Assembly (NCBI GenBank): GCA_963730935.1
Contig: CAVSTP010000004.1
Span: forward strand, 1,504,001-1,568,000
DNA: 64,000 bases
Direction of reading: 5' to 3'
From: an uncultured Nitrospiraceae bacterium
GTDB taxonomy: Bacteria; Nitrospirota; Nitrospiria; Nitrospirales; Nitrospiraceae
Of this stretch, positions 31,019 through 40,200 are shown in pieces; the stretch's first letter is position 1, and each line of letters begins with the position of its first letter. The position numbers and the translations under genes are program-made. Below the pieces are notes generated by a model. That model was not told where the DNA came from, did no database searches, and saw nothing but the letters and a program-made list of their open reading frames with translations.

Positions 31019-31720
31019 ATGAGTGACCAAGCGCAACCACAGGCACGACTGATGACCCGCCTCGAGCGCTGGGCGAAGTTGTCGTTGTTGCCGCCAGTCG
31101 GCGCCGCGCTGGTGTGGGGCATCGCGGCGACTATGCGCCTCGAGACGCGCGGCCAGGAAGAGGTCGACGCCGTCTATCGGAGCGGAGGCCACATTATCCT
31201 CGCGTTCTGGCATGCCCAACAACTCATGATCCCGTCGGGGTATCGCGGAACGGGAGCCCATGTTCTGATCAGTCAGCACGGGGATGGCGAGATCATTGCC
31301 CGCATCATTGCACGCTTCGGTCATGAGGCGGTTCGAGGCTCGAGCACCCGAGGCGGAGCTGGTGCTCTCCGCGCGCTGATCAAGCTAGGACGCGCCGGTA
31401 AGGATCTGGTCGTGACCCCCGATGGACCGAAAGGGCCACGACAGGTGGTAAAGCTGGGCATTGTGCAACTGGCGAAAGCCACCGGACTGCCGATTGTCCC
31501 CTTAGCCTTTGCCTGCTCGACCAAGAAACTCTTCTCGAGCTGGGATCACTTTATGGTCCCCTATCCCTTCTCAAGGGGTTTGTTTCTCTATGGGAAGCCG
31601 ATGTTCGTGTCGCGGGAATGCGACGATCTCGCGCTCGAAGCCGACCGCCTTGGGCTCGAGACGGAACTCAATCGGCTGACGGACGAGGCTGAACATGCGG
31701 TGACACATACACACGCGTGA
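31019..31720 (+). CDS. Lysophospholipid acyltransferase-like protein (DUF374)
   Basis: AFWH, ISQHGDGE, VRGSSTRGG, TPDGPKGP and SWDHFMVPYPFSR. Confidence 0.88.
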   Translation: MSDQAQPQARLMTRLERWAKLSLLPPVGAALVWGIAATMRLETRGQEEVDAVYRSGGHIILAFWHAQQLMIPSGYRGTGAHVLISQHGDGEIIARIIARFGHEAVRGSSTRGGAGALRALIKLGRAGKDLVVTPDGPKGPRQVVKLGIVQLAKATGLPIVPLAFACSTKKLFSSWDHFMVPYPFSRGLFLYGKPMFVSRECDDLALEADRLGLETELNRLTDEAEHAVTHTHA

Positions 31721-31876
31721 GACACCGTTCGTGATTACGTCTTTTCATATGTCCCATACACTTCCAAGCTTTAAGTTAAACAATCGAGCGAACTCCTGAT
31801 TGGTGCCGAAGCAGGGGAGCGACCATCCCCGTGCAGATCAACCTACTATTCCACAATTTCAACCCCTGACGCCCCG

Positions 31877-32434
31877 TTACGCCGCTACCCACCGCTTGTC
31901 GAAGTAATGGGCTTCCGGCGGCGTCGGCTGTACGACCGTGGCCTGGGGGCCTTTATCGCCCGGTTCGACGTTCAGGCTCACTTCCATGCCGTCCATTTGC
32001 TCGAAGGCGGCATCACGCACCGCATTCTTGTGAAAATACACTTCAGTCCCATCCTCGAGCGTAATGAAGCCGTAATCTTCTCCGGGAAACAGCTGCGTCA
32101 CAATCCCCCGCTCGGGCGGCTCGCTGACATAGATCTCATGTGATGTCCGCTTTTCGCGGATTCTGTCCAGCTCGAGTCCCAGCGCGTCGAACGTCAGGCG
32201 GATGGATTCATCGAACGTCTCCTGGTGCTTCGCGGCCGTGATCGTATGCCCAGGGATCTGCACGACGAGGAGCACGCTGTGAGAATCGGCGGGCTTGCGG
32301 TGATCGTGCTTTGTGAGCGTGACGCGGATATGCGTGATCTCATGATTCCGATGTAAATCAGCCACCCGCGATTCGATGTCGGACCGCCACTCGGCTCTAA
32401 GAGCGGTTTGTCGTCCTTCAATTTCCAGATCCAT
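31877..32434 (-). CDS. HPF/RaiA-family domain fused to a cold-shock domain
   Basis: HPF-like N-terminus; C-terminal YGFI...VYFHKNAV...GDKGPQA CSD motifs; GGAGAGGAG RBS. Confidence 0.88.
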   Translation of the reverse strand: MDLEIEGRQTALRAEWRSDIESRVADLHRNHEITHIRVTLTKHDHRKPADSHSVLLVVQIPGHTITAAKHQETFDESIRLTFDALGLELDRIREKRTSHEIYVSEPPERGIVTQLFPGEDYGFITLEDGTEVYFHKNAVRDAAFEQMDGMEVSLNVEPGDKGPQATVVQPTPPEAHYFDKRWVAA

Positions 32435-32621
32435 GCTGGACTCCTCTCCTACAATAAATAAAATAGTGGCCGGAGATATCCGCCATTAACGCTCCCGCGT
32501 CTGAATAAAGAAAACTAGCATCATCCCTGGCAGGAATCGTGACGGCCCTAGCGTGAGGAGCCGTGAGAAAAGGATTTGTTGTGAGAGGATAGGGAAGCGC
32601 CCGTTCGTCAAGAGTCTTGAG

Positions 32622-32795
32622 GAGGCGGATAGTGGACCTAGCTGCGACTTGCGAGGGTGCAGGGCGCTATCGTTGTGTTCGCTAATGGCGATGGCGAGAC
32701 GCACTGTCCGAAGGTTCGTTCAGGCGCAGTCTGGAACGGACCAAGTTGCGGAGCCAAGCATCGATAGCGCCATGCGGTTTCACCCTCGCTGGAGC
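32622..32795 (+). repeat. Dispersed structured repeat, family A (copy 2)
   Basis: Matches the reverse complement of 1821-1996. Confidence 0.85.
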
Positions 32796-32810
32796 AAGCG
32801 GTCCACCGCG

Positions 32811-33659
32811 TCACATCTTCACCCTATCTCCACGCTTCACTATCCCGCCCTGGATCACCTTCGCATAGACCCCGACATTTCCCTCGTTCTGCTGGACGGC
32901 TGTCCGGAGGATGCCGTTGTCTTTGGGCAGATCTCCCTGCGCCAGCGTCGTCATGACGCAGCGGCCGCAAGGGCCGGTGATGGTGAGATGCACCTCGCCG
33001 ACCTTGATCGTCTTGCCGACCCAGGACTGCTCGACGAAGCCATTCGTCCCTTCCGGTGTGTCGACCAGAATGTTGGGACGAAAGCGCTGCGGCTCGAAGC
33101 GGCCCTTCGAATAGGCGGTGTGCAATTTGATCAGCGTGGCGATCGTGATCAGGTGGATCGTGGCGCCGTCGAAAAACGTACCCCGAGGGAGCGTGAAGTC
33201 CGTCACCGCGTCCCGATAGTCGAGGCCATCTATATCGGGCCAATATTGCTCGGCCTTACCGGCCCATGCAGCAGGTAACGTCGCATGGACGCCGCTCATC
33301 CAGCCGCGGTCGGCTACCGCAAGGATCACGGGCCTCTTCAAGGCCTTGGAGAGAATCTGGTGACAGTCGCGCGCGGTGCTTTCCGTATTGGAGCCGTCGT
33401 GCAGCGCGATACGAACGGCTGGAGGCGCGGCGCCCTTTTTCGGCGGGTCGGTGAAGGCTGCCTTGCAGCCGAAGAGCATCGGCCACTTGACCGGGTTCTT
33501 CGCAGACGCCGCCTTGCCTTCGGCCACGTCGATCAGCGCGTAGACCCGATCACCCAGCAGGCCGTGCTGTGTCATCTCGGCTTCCGATAGCTCCTCGCCC
33601 TGCATTGACTTGACCGGATACCGCCACAGGGAGGCGACTTTACCCAGTTCGGCCGTCAT
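32811..33659 (-). CDS. MOSC domain protein
   Basis: LWRYPVKSMQGE, GDRVYAL, RFRPNI and PCGRCVMTT. Confidence 0.92.
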   Translation of the reverse strand: MTAELGKVASLWRYPVKSMQGEELSEAEMTQHGLLGDRVYALIDVAEGKAASAKNPVKWPMLFGCKAAFTDPPKKGAAPPAVRIALHDGSNTESTARDCHQILSKALKRPVILAVADRGWMSGVHATLPAAWAGKAEQYWPDIDGLDYRDAVTDFTLPRGTFFDGATIHLITIATLIKLHTAYSKGRFEPQRFRPNILVDTPEGTNGFVEQSWVGKTIKVGEVHLTITGPCGRCVMTTLAQGDLPKDNGILRTAVQQNEGNVGVYAKVIQGGIVKRGDRVKM

Positions 33660-33686
33660 GTAGCTCTCCTAAATGAAGTTCAGAAA

Positions 33687-35060
33687 TCATAGCACGGAGG
33701 ACCGTTTTGGAACAGACTCAGGGTCGTCGGATGCCTGCTTGCTTTCCAATTCATGAAGCAGGATGGCCACTAACATGTCGCTCATCACGTTCACGCCCGA
33801 GCGCACGCGCGCAAGGATCCAATCAACCGACATGATCAGCGGAATGGCGGCGGCGATGACCTGGTTCGGAAGCCCCGCGGCCGAAAGCACGAGCGGCAGG
33901 ACGATCAGTCCGGCTTCAGGAATGCCCGCCACACCGACGCCCGCCATGATGGAGGCGAGGACGATCAGGAGTTGATGTCCCATCGAAAGCTCGTAGCCGA
34001 GCGCCTGCGCGAGAAAAAGGGCTGCCATTGCTTCATAGAGGGTGACCCCGTCGTTGTTGAGGTTGGTGCCGACGCAGGCGGCGAGCCTCGCCGATTGCGG
34101 CGACACGCCCATGCGGTCCAGGCTGCGGAGCGTGACCGGCACGGTGGCGAGGCTGCTGTTGCAGGAAATGGCCGTCATAATCGCGTCGACACCGCGGCCG
34201 AAATAGATGCGGGGCGGTTTCTTGCCGACCAACCAGGCAACGAGTGGGTAGTAGACGAATGCGTGCACCGACAGACCGACCAGAATGGCCACGAGAAAAA
34301 TCCAGAGCGCAGAAAACACCCCCAATCCAACCCGGCCCACAATAGAGGCCAACACGCCGAACACGGCGAACGGCACAAGCTGGATAATCCACCACAGAAT
34401 ACGGACAAGCCAGCGATAGATGCTTCCAACCGCATGGACCAACGGTTCCATCGGTCCGCGATCGTCATCCTCGGGGCCGCGCAGACGCCGCAGCAACGCG
34501 CCAAGTACCAGGGCCAGGATCACGACGCCGATGACGTTGTTGGTCGTAAAGGGCTGGAGCATCGTGCGCGGGATGTAGGAAGCGATTTCCTCGAGCGGAT
34601 GGCCGTTGGCAGCAAGGCCACCAGCGGGGGATAACGCGGAGCCTGGCGTAAGATTGAGCAATTCGTCGACGTGGCCCCGCCAGGTGAGGCCCGGCTGCCA
34701 GCTGTTCATGATGACGAGGCCGATCCCCATCGCAACCGAGACGTTGATCAAGCAGATGAGGATCAGCCGCGTGCCCTGCCGCAGCGGGAGGACCGTCGTG
34801 AGAAAAGCATCGAGGACGGCAAAGAAGATGAGAGGGATCGCAAGGGTCTTGAGCAACAGGATGACGACCATCCCCAGCTGGCCCAGCTGTTCGTTGCGCA
34901 GACCACCTGCATAGGGCTCCTGGCCGAACAGGGCGCCGACGATGGTGCCGCAAATGACGGCGATCACCACCTGGGTGTAGAGCGGCAGGCGGAAGCGAAA
35001 AAAGGTGGCACGGGCGCCGGGGGAAGCGGCTGGTATCTGCGGCTGATCGGGAGTGCTCAC
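33687..35060 (-). CDS. Dicarboxylate/amino acid:cation symporter (DAACS)
   Basis: SCNSSLATVP, GTNLNNDG, AGIPEAG and DWILARVRSGVNVMSD. Confidence 0.9.
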   Translation of the reverse strand: MSTPDQPQIPAASPGARATFFRFRLPLYTQVVIAVICGTIVGALFGQEPYAGGLRNEQLGQLGMVVILLLKTLAIPLIFFAVLDAFLTTVLPLRQGTRLILICLINVSVAMGIGLVIMNSWQPGLTWRGHVDELLNLTPGSALSPAGGLAANGHPLEEIASYIPRTMLQPFTTNNVIGVVILALVLGALLRRLRGPEDDDRGPMEPLVHAVGSIYRWLVRILWWIIQLVPFAVFGVLASIVGRVGLGVFSALWIFLVAILVGLSVHAFVYYPLVAWLVGKKPPRIYFGRGVDAIMTAISCNSSLATVPVTLRSLDRMGVSPQSARLAACVGTNLNNDGVTLYEAMAALFLAQALGYELSMGHQLLIVLASIMAGVGVAGIPEAGLIVLPLVLSAAGLPNQVIAAAIPLIMSVDWILARVRSGVNVMSDMLVAILLHELESKQASDDPESVPKRSSVL

Positions 35061-35120
35061 GTGCGGGGCCGCATCATACCAGATTTCATGTCCATATTTA
35101 TCTGTGGCGAGCCTGGTTAT

Positions 35121-35747
35121 TCAGATTTTTGGAATGCGGAGAGTTTTGCTAATCATGAGGCTGCCGGAGAGAACAAAAAGCAAAGACAATGGATGCAGTT
35201 CCCAGGGACCAAACATCCAGACGCCCCAATAGACTTCATCGCCCAGCCTCCCCTGCCAGCCGGCCAGCGCCAGGACGGCCGTCAGCAGAAAAGTCGTTGG
35301 AATCGGCGTGCCTTCGAAATAGGCGACCTTGTCGCTGCCTTCAGAAAGACGCTCGGCAGTGACGTTGTAGCGCGCGAGCCGGCTCACCCCGCAGCAGACG
35401 AAATAGATCAGCGCCAGCCAATCCCACGTTCCCCGAAGGCCTGCGGCAAAGCCGAGCGTCGCCGGCGCAAGCCCGAACGAGATGATGTCGGCGAGCGAAT
35501 CAAGCTCCCGGCCCAGGGCAGAATGCGTGTGCCGCCAGCGCGCGACACGCCCGTCCAGCCAGTCGAAGACGAGAGCAGCCGGCGTGAGCGCCGCAGCGGT
35601 GAAGTAGTGAGCCGACGAGTGGCTGCCCATATAGAGCATAGCGCATAGAACCGCCGCCACCCCGCATGCCGCATTGGCCAGCGTGAGCACATCGGCCAGA
35701 TGAAACTCGCGGATCATGGAAAAATGCTTGGGACGAAGAGTCGCCAT
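35121..35747 (-). CDS. CDP-alcohol phosphatidyltransferase (PssA-like)
   Basis: DWLDGRVAR...GRELDSLADIISFG motif, RLARYN and FEGTPIP. Confidence 0.9.
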   Translation of the reverse strand: MATLRPKHFSMIREFHLADVLTLANAACGVAAVLCAMLYMGSHSSAHYFTAAALTPAALVFDWLDGRVARWRHTHSALGRELDSLADIISFGLAPATLGFAAGLRGTWDWLALIYFVCCGVSRLARYNVTAERLSEGSDKVAYFEGTPIPTTFLLTAVLALAGWQGRLGDEVYWGVWMFGPWELHPLSLLFVLSGSLMISKTLRIPKI

Positions 35748-36110
35748 GAGAAAACCGTACGCGGGATTTATGGAAATGTCCAGAATCTGATAGGTGGGAA
35801 GAAGAAGAAAGTAGCGAAAGCACCAACGGATGCTCAATAAGGAAGGGGCGAAGAGGAGCAGAGAGGTCTGGAGTTCTCATTAGGATGAGGAGAGACTTTG
35901 GCGGGTTTGACGCCTCGGAGCTGCAAACTGAACCGGACGGAAAGGCAAATAGTACACTGACCTCCCATGCGGCTGATAAGACATCCAGACGCTCGGATAA
36001 GACTCCCAGTACTTGATTCCCCTATAGTCCGCGGCATGTCATCGCACCGGCGATGTGAAACCCTGTCCGATCGAGATCACGCTCGATCCGGCATCACGAG
36101 GAGGCACGTC

Positions 36111-37289
36111 ATGCTACCGCTCAGACTCTTGTTGGTCACTCTTGGTTTGTTGGTCTTGTGGGCATCGCCCGCATCGGCCGAACTGCTGGCCCTATTGAAC
36201 TATGAGAGCAAACCGGGTCAACCGGTCCGGCGCGAAGGGATCGCCATCATGGAGATCGATCCCGAATCACCGGACTTCGGGAAAATCCTGATGGATATCC
36301 CGCTCCCGTCCGATGTCGTCGCCCATCATATCTTTTTCAACCGCGACAAGAGCAAGGCGTACATCACGTCCTTGGGGAAGAGCATTCTGCTTGTCGTAGA
36401 TCTCACCAAGTTCCCGTATCGTCTGCGCACCATTGATGTCCCGGATTGCCAGGTCAACGAGGATCTCGTTGTCTCGGAAGATAACAAGACCTGGTTCCTC
36501 ACCTGCATGGGTTCGAGCAATGTCGTGATGGGGGATGCACAAACTGATAAGCCGATCAAGACGATCAGCTCGTCCGAAGCGGCCGCGTTCATCCTGTATC
36601 CGCACGGCATTGCAATTCACAACGGCATCGATCGGGTGCTCGTTACCAGCACGGTCAAGCCGGATATGTCGGATCAGGGTGACACGGTGACCGTGCTGGA
36701 GGCGAAGACCGGGAAGGTCCTGTCGACGCACAAGGTGGCATCAAAGCCATCGCCCGCGAAATCCGCCCCCGTCGAAGTCATGTTTTCGCCCTATTCGAAC
36801 CCGCCGGTGGTGCACATTACCAATATGCTTGAGGGCACCTTGTGGGCCGGGGTCTGGGATCCGAAGACGAAGGCCTTCACGTTCAATCAGGTCGACGACT
36901 TCGGCGCGAAGGAACAGGGAATGCCGTTGGAGATGCTGTACAACAAGCAGGGGGACCGCCTCTTCGTTACCACGGCCAAGACGGGATTCGTGAATCTTTA
37001 TGACAACAGCGAGCCACGTCAGCCGAAGTTCATTAAAGCCATTCCCTCAGCACCCGGTGCCCATCATAGCGTGCTCTCGCCGGATGAGCGGTACCTGTTC
37101 GTTCAGAATAGCTTTCTCAATCTGGAAGGCATGAGCGACGGATCCATCACGGTGATCGATCTGAAGAATGACAAGGTACTGGGCAGCATCGATACCTTGA
37201 AATCTGCCGGGTACAACCCGAATTGCATCATGCTGCTGCCGAATCATTTTCAGAACAGAGGATTGCGGGCGAACGTTCATCTCCATTAG
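36111..37289 (+). CDS. Secreted beta-propeller protein (YncE-like / SBP56-like)
   Basis: GAGGAGG RBS, signal peptide ending ASA, repeated beta-blade pattern, IDPESPDFGKI...AHH motif. Confidence 0.75.
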   Translation: MLPLRLLLVTLGLLVLWASPASAELLALLNYESKPGQPVRREGIAIMEIDPESPDFGKILMDIPLPSDVVAHHIFFNRDKSKAYITSLGKSILLVVDLTKFPYRLRTIDVPDCQVNEDLVVSEDNKTWFLTCMGSSNVVMGDAQTDKPIKTISSSEAAAFILYPHGIAIHNGIDRVLVTSTVKPDMSDQGDTVTVLEAKTGKVLSTHKVASKPSPAKSAPVEVMFSPYSNPPVVHITNMLEGTLWAGVWDPKTKAFTFNQVDDFGAKEQGMPLEMLYNKQGDRLFVTTAKTGFVNLYDNSEPRQPKFIKAIPSAPGAHHSVLSPDERYLFVQNSFLNLEGMSDGSITVIDLKNDKVLGSIDTLKSAGYNPNCIMLLPNHFQNRGLRANVHLH

Positions 37290-37345
37290 CGCGCTTGCAG
37301 GGGCAGGAAGCGGCTGGCCGCCGGTCGGCGGCCAGCCGCGATCAG

Positions 37346-37945
37346 TCAATTCGGTTTGACGACGAGGTGGCCGCGCCGGTTTTGCTGATAGCAGGACTCG
37401 CTGCGGTCATTACAAAACGGGCGCTCCTTGCCATAAGACACGCCGACCAGGCGTTCGCGCTTGATGCCGAGATCGTTCAGGTAGTTAAGAATCACCTTGG
37501 CCCGCTTCTCAGCGAGTACGAAATTGTAGGTCGAGCTGCCGCGCTCATCGCAATGCCCCTCCACTTTCAACTGGGCGGCTGGGTGGCTGCGCAGCCATTC
37601 GGCGTTGCGGCTCAGGACCTGTCGGCCTTCCTCGCTGATTGTCCAACTGTCGTATCCGAAGTAGACATCGCGGAGACCCGCGGCCGCGGTCGCGGCCTGC
37701 TCCGCCCGTACTTCGTCCATTTGCCGTCTGGCGGTCGCGGGGTCATTCTTGGCCACCGCAATGCCGGAACTCAGCCGCTCCGTGCCTGCCGGATCGTCCA
37801 AGGACAAGTTGGGCAGCGGTTCTTGAACCGGCGCACGGGAGGCGCCTGTCGTGCGCCCATCTGACTGGACCGATTTCTTCGAACATCCCGCCGTCCACAT
37901 GGCCATGCAGCCCACCATCAGTAGACAGATTATTCGACAAGTCAT
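37346..37945 (-). CDS. pal: Peptidoglycan-associated lipoprotein (Pal/OmpA family)
   Basis: TAGC lipobox, VYFGYD, EGHCDERG, VSYGKERP and NRR; GGAGGGAG RBS. Confidence 0.85.
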   Translation of the reverse strand: MTCRIICLLMVGCMAMWTAGCSKKSVQSDGRTTGASRAPVQEPLPNLSLDDPAGTERLSSGIAVAKNDPATARRQMDEVRAEQAATAAAGLRDVYFGYDSWTISEEGRQVLSRNAEWLRSHPAAQLKVEGHCDERGSSTYNFVLAEKRAKVILNYLNDLGIKRERLVGVSYGKERPFCNDRSESCYQQNRRGHLVVKPN

Positions 37946-38095
37946 ACTCCCTCCTTGGTGAACATCACGAAACGGCTCCGCCCCAATGCCCACGGGTCTT
38001 TTCGTTCCGTGCCGGCCAGAGTGTATCAATTTAGGCGCCTCTGGGCAATACGCTAAGCAATGTTTGTTAAGAATTGGTGAAGTCATCCGCCTCCA

Positions 38096-39016
38096 TTACT
38101 TCTGCGTATGGGCAAACATCCGTTTGGGCACATCGAATGCGAATCGCAATTGGACTGCCCAGTATTCCTGGATGAGCGTGCCCGGTTTATCTGTCGAGAG
38201 ATCCTGCTCGCGATAGACACTTATTTCGTAGTTGTCTTTGAAACGAAAGGCGAGACCGACAATCCAATCCAATTCAGTGGGTCTCAGCTTGTTGCTCAAT
38301 TCACGGTCGGTAAAGAAATTCACGTCGCCGTAGAGCACGAACATGTTCTTGTACAAATCGAAGTCAGCGTGAGCCACATACCGAAACAGCGCCCTTCCGG
38401 TATTGTCCGGTCGAGCGAAATAGCTGCTGTTATGAAACAACCAGCCAAATCCCGCATACGCATTCAAATTTTGGTGAGGGAAGTACTTGCGCCACCACGA
38501 AAAATCATCGGCGGCGTGAAGGTTACCGGTCCCTAGTACATCGGCATACGCTTGCTTGAGGCCGCTCTTGTCGATGGGAGCATCGCGTTCATACTGAATG
38601 CGCCACCCCCACCGATCGATCAGACCGGTCAAGGCATACGCCATATCCCACTCGCTGAGTATGATCCACCCGTTCGTGCGATCAGAAAAGAAGTTTTGAT
38701 CTGTGTAGAACGTGAGGTACTGCTTGTAGAGGTCGACCTCAAGATGGGCCATATAGCGCATTCCGACGAGGCCGGTGTTGTCCGGACGAGCGGCAAACGT
38801 TGGATTCGATACAAAAGGTGCAGCGAGGAGGTAGCCGCCGAATAAGGTTTCCTCGGCCTCGCGCGCCTCCTCGCCTTGTTTCTCCATCGAGGGCAGCGGG
38901 CGGCCATATTTTTCTAATCCATAGGCAGATGACAGCCCGGCACACCAGGAAAGAACTACGAAGCAGAGGATTCTGCTAAGGCCGGATCGATGTAATGAAA
39001 CAGTCGCGAGCATCAT
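38096..39016 (-). CDS. Hypothetical exported protein, probable outer-membrane beta-barrel with internal duplication
   Basis: Signal peptide, aromatic alternating strands, two ARPDNTG...RYxAH..DLYK...NFFxDR repeats. Start uncertain. Confidence 0.65.
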   Translation of the reverse strand: MMLATVSLHRSGLSRILCFVVLSWCAGLSSAYGLEKYGRPLPSMEKQGEEAREAEETLFGGYLLAAPFVSNPTFAARPDNTGLVGMRYMAHLEVDLYKQYLTFYTDQNFFSDRTNGWIILSEWDMAYALTGLIDRWGWRIQYERDAPIDKSGLKQAYADVLGTGNLHAADDFSWWRKYFPHQNLNAYAGFGWLFHNSSYFARPDNTGRALFRYVAHADFDLYKNMFVLYGDVNFFTDRELSNKLRPTELDWIVGLAFRFKDNYEISVYREQDLSTDKPGTLIQEYWAVQLRFAFDVPKRMFAHTQK

Positions 39017-39228
39017 GGCTGCGTCCTTAAGCCCATCCGCATGGACTGGGCCGGTGGCAGCCATCATGTTATCTGGTCACACCATGAAGGGGACAGCTGC
39101 CGAAGACACACAGCAAGGCGAAGAACCAATTCCGTTTAAGCGGCTACCGTCGGGATCCATTCCATTCATCCGTAAATGAATAAGAATTTAGTCATACCGA
39201 TGGCCTGTACCGGATTTGCTACAGGTTG

Positions 39229-39621
39229 TCAATGAGGAAGTTCTGACTGCAGGCAACCCACAAAGATGTCCTCGCAGTGATCGTATTCAGTTCCGTCTGG
39301 CACTGGCCGAAATTCCACCCCCGTGATCTCGTCCTTTTCGAGGAGCAGGCTGGCCCAACATCCATGGTGTTCCTGGGCAATGCTGCCCTTTAAAAATGGG
39401 CGGGACTCCTCGAACATGGACGCCTCCTTGTAATAACGGAAGACGACACCTTGCCCGTAGGGCACTTCTCGCAGGGGCGTGCCAGCGCATTGAAGAAGCT
39501 CTGCTCGAGTTTTTCCGACGAGGCGTTTTGCCGTTGGATTATCGGTTTTCATCTCCGGCGCACCTGACACGCATCCACTGAAGAGAACAATGAGGACGGC
39601 AGATGCACGCAGGACGAACAT
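39229..39621 (-). CDS. Hypothetical lipoprotein
   Basis: FSGC lipobox and four further Cys. Confidence 0.65.
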   Translation of the reverse strand: MFVLRASAVLIVLFSGCVSGAPEMKTDNPTAKRLVGKTRAELLQCAGTPLREVPYGQGVVFRYYKEASMFEESRPFLKGSIAQEHHGCWASLLLEKDEITGVEFRPVPDGTEYDHCEDIFVGCLQSELPH

Positions 39622-39897
39622 AGGACCTTACTTCCTGCCGATAGTTCGTGGAGCGCTAGAGTAAGCTAAATGCAGTGGCGACACAAACCATAGCTTCCGG
39701 AATGAATCCGGCGCAGCCGGCCAGAGCGAGGAGTCCCAGACCGAACAGCTATGGGACCCGGGGACCAGACCTGTAGGTCTGCCGAGTCATGCCGAAGAAT
39801 ACCCTAGGAAAATCTGAAAGAAAAGCCGCAAACTGGGAGCCGTTGTTTGCGGTAGGGGGAAGAACTTTGCTATAGTCCGCGCCGGAGCGACAAGGCG

Positions 39898-40152
39898 ATG
39901 GGATTAGAGCCCAACTATATCGTGGTGGACGGCCAGACCTTCACCAAGGCCAAACTCGCCCTCGACAATCACGTCTACAAGAATTGTCACATCGACGACT
40001 GTGATCTGTATTATAGCGGTGGACAGTACGAGCTGCTCGATACCCACATCACCAATTCACGGCTGATCCTTAACCATCCCGCCAAGGGCATCTACAACGC
40101 GCTGCAGATCTTCCGGATGAAGTCGCCGGGTTCGCGGATTGTCTACGAGTGA
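39898..40152 (+). CDS. Small hypothetical protein
   Basis: Strong coding-like codon usage; possible TTGCGG-N18-TATAGT promoter upstream. Confidence 0.65.
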   Translation: MGLEPNYIVVDGQTFTKAKLALDNHVYKNCHIDDCDLYYSGGQYELLDTHITNSRLILNHPAKGIYNALQIFRMKSPGSRIVYE

Positions 40153-40200
40153 AATCCGCTGTAGGAACTCAATCTCAAATTTCAGATCTGCGTGCTGGCG

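Noticed and set aside
32553..33278. 241-aa plus-strand ORF
   Set aside because: Made of repeat family A plus the antisense strand of the MOSC gene.
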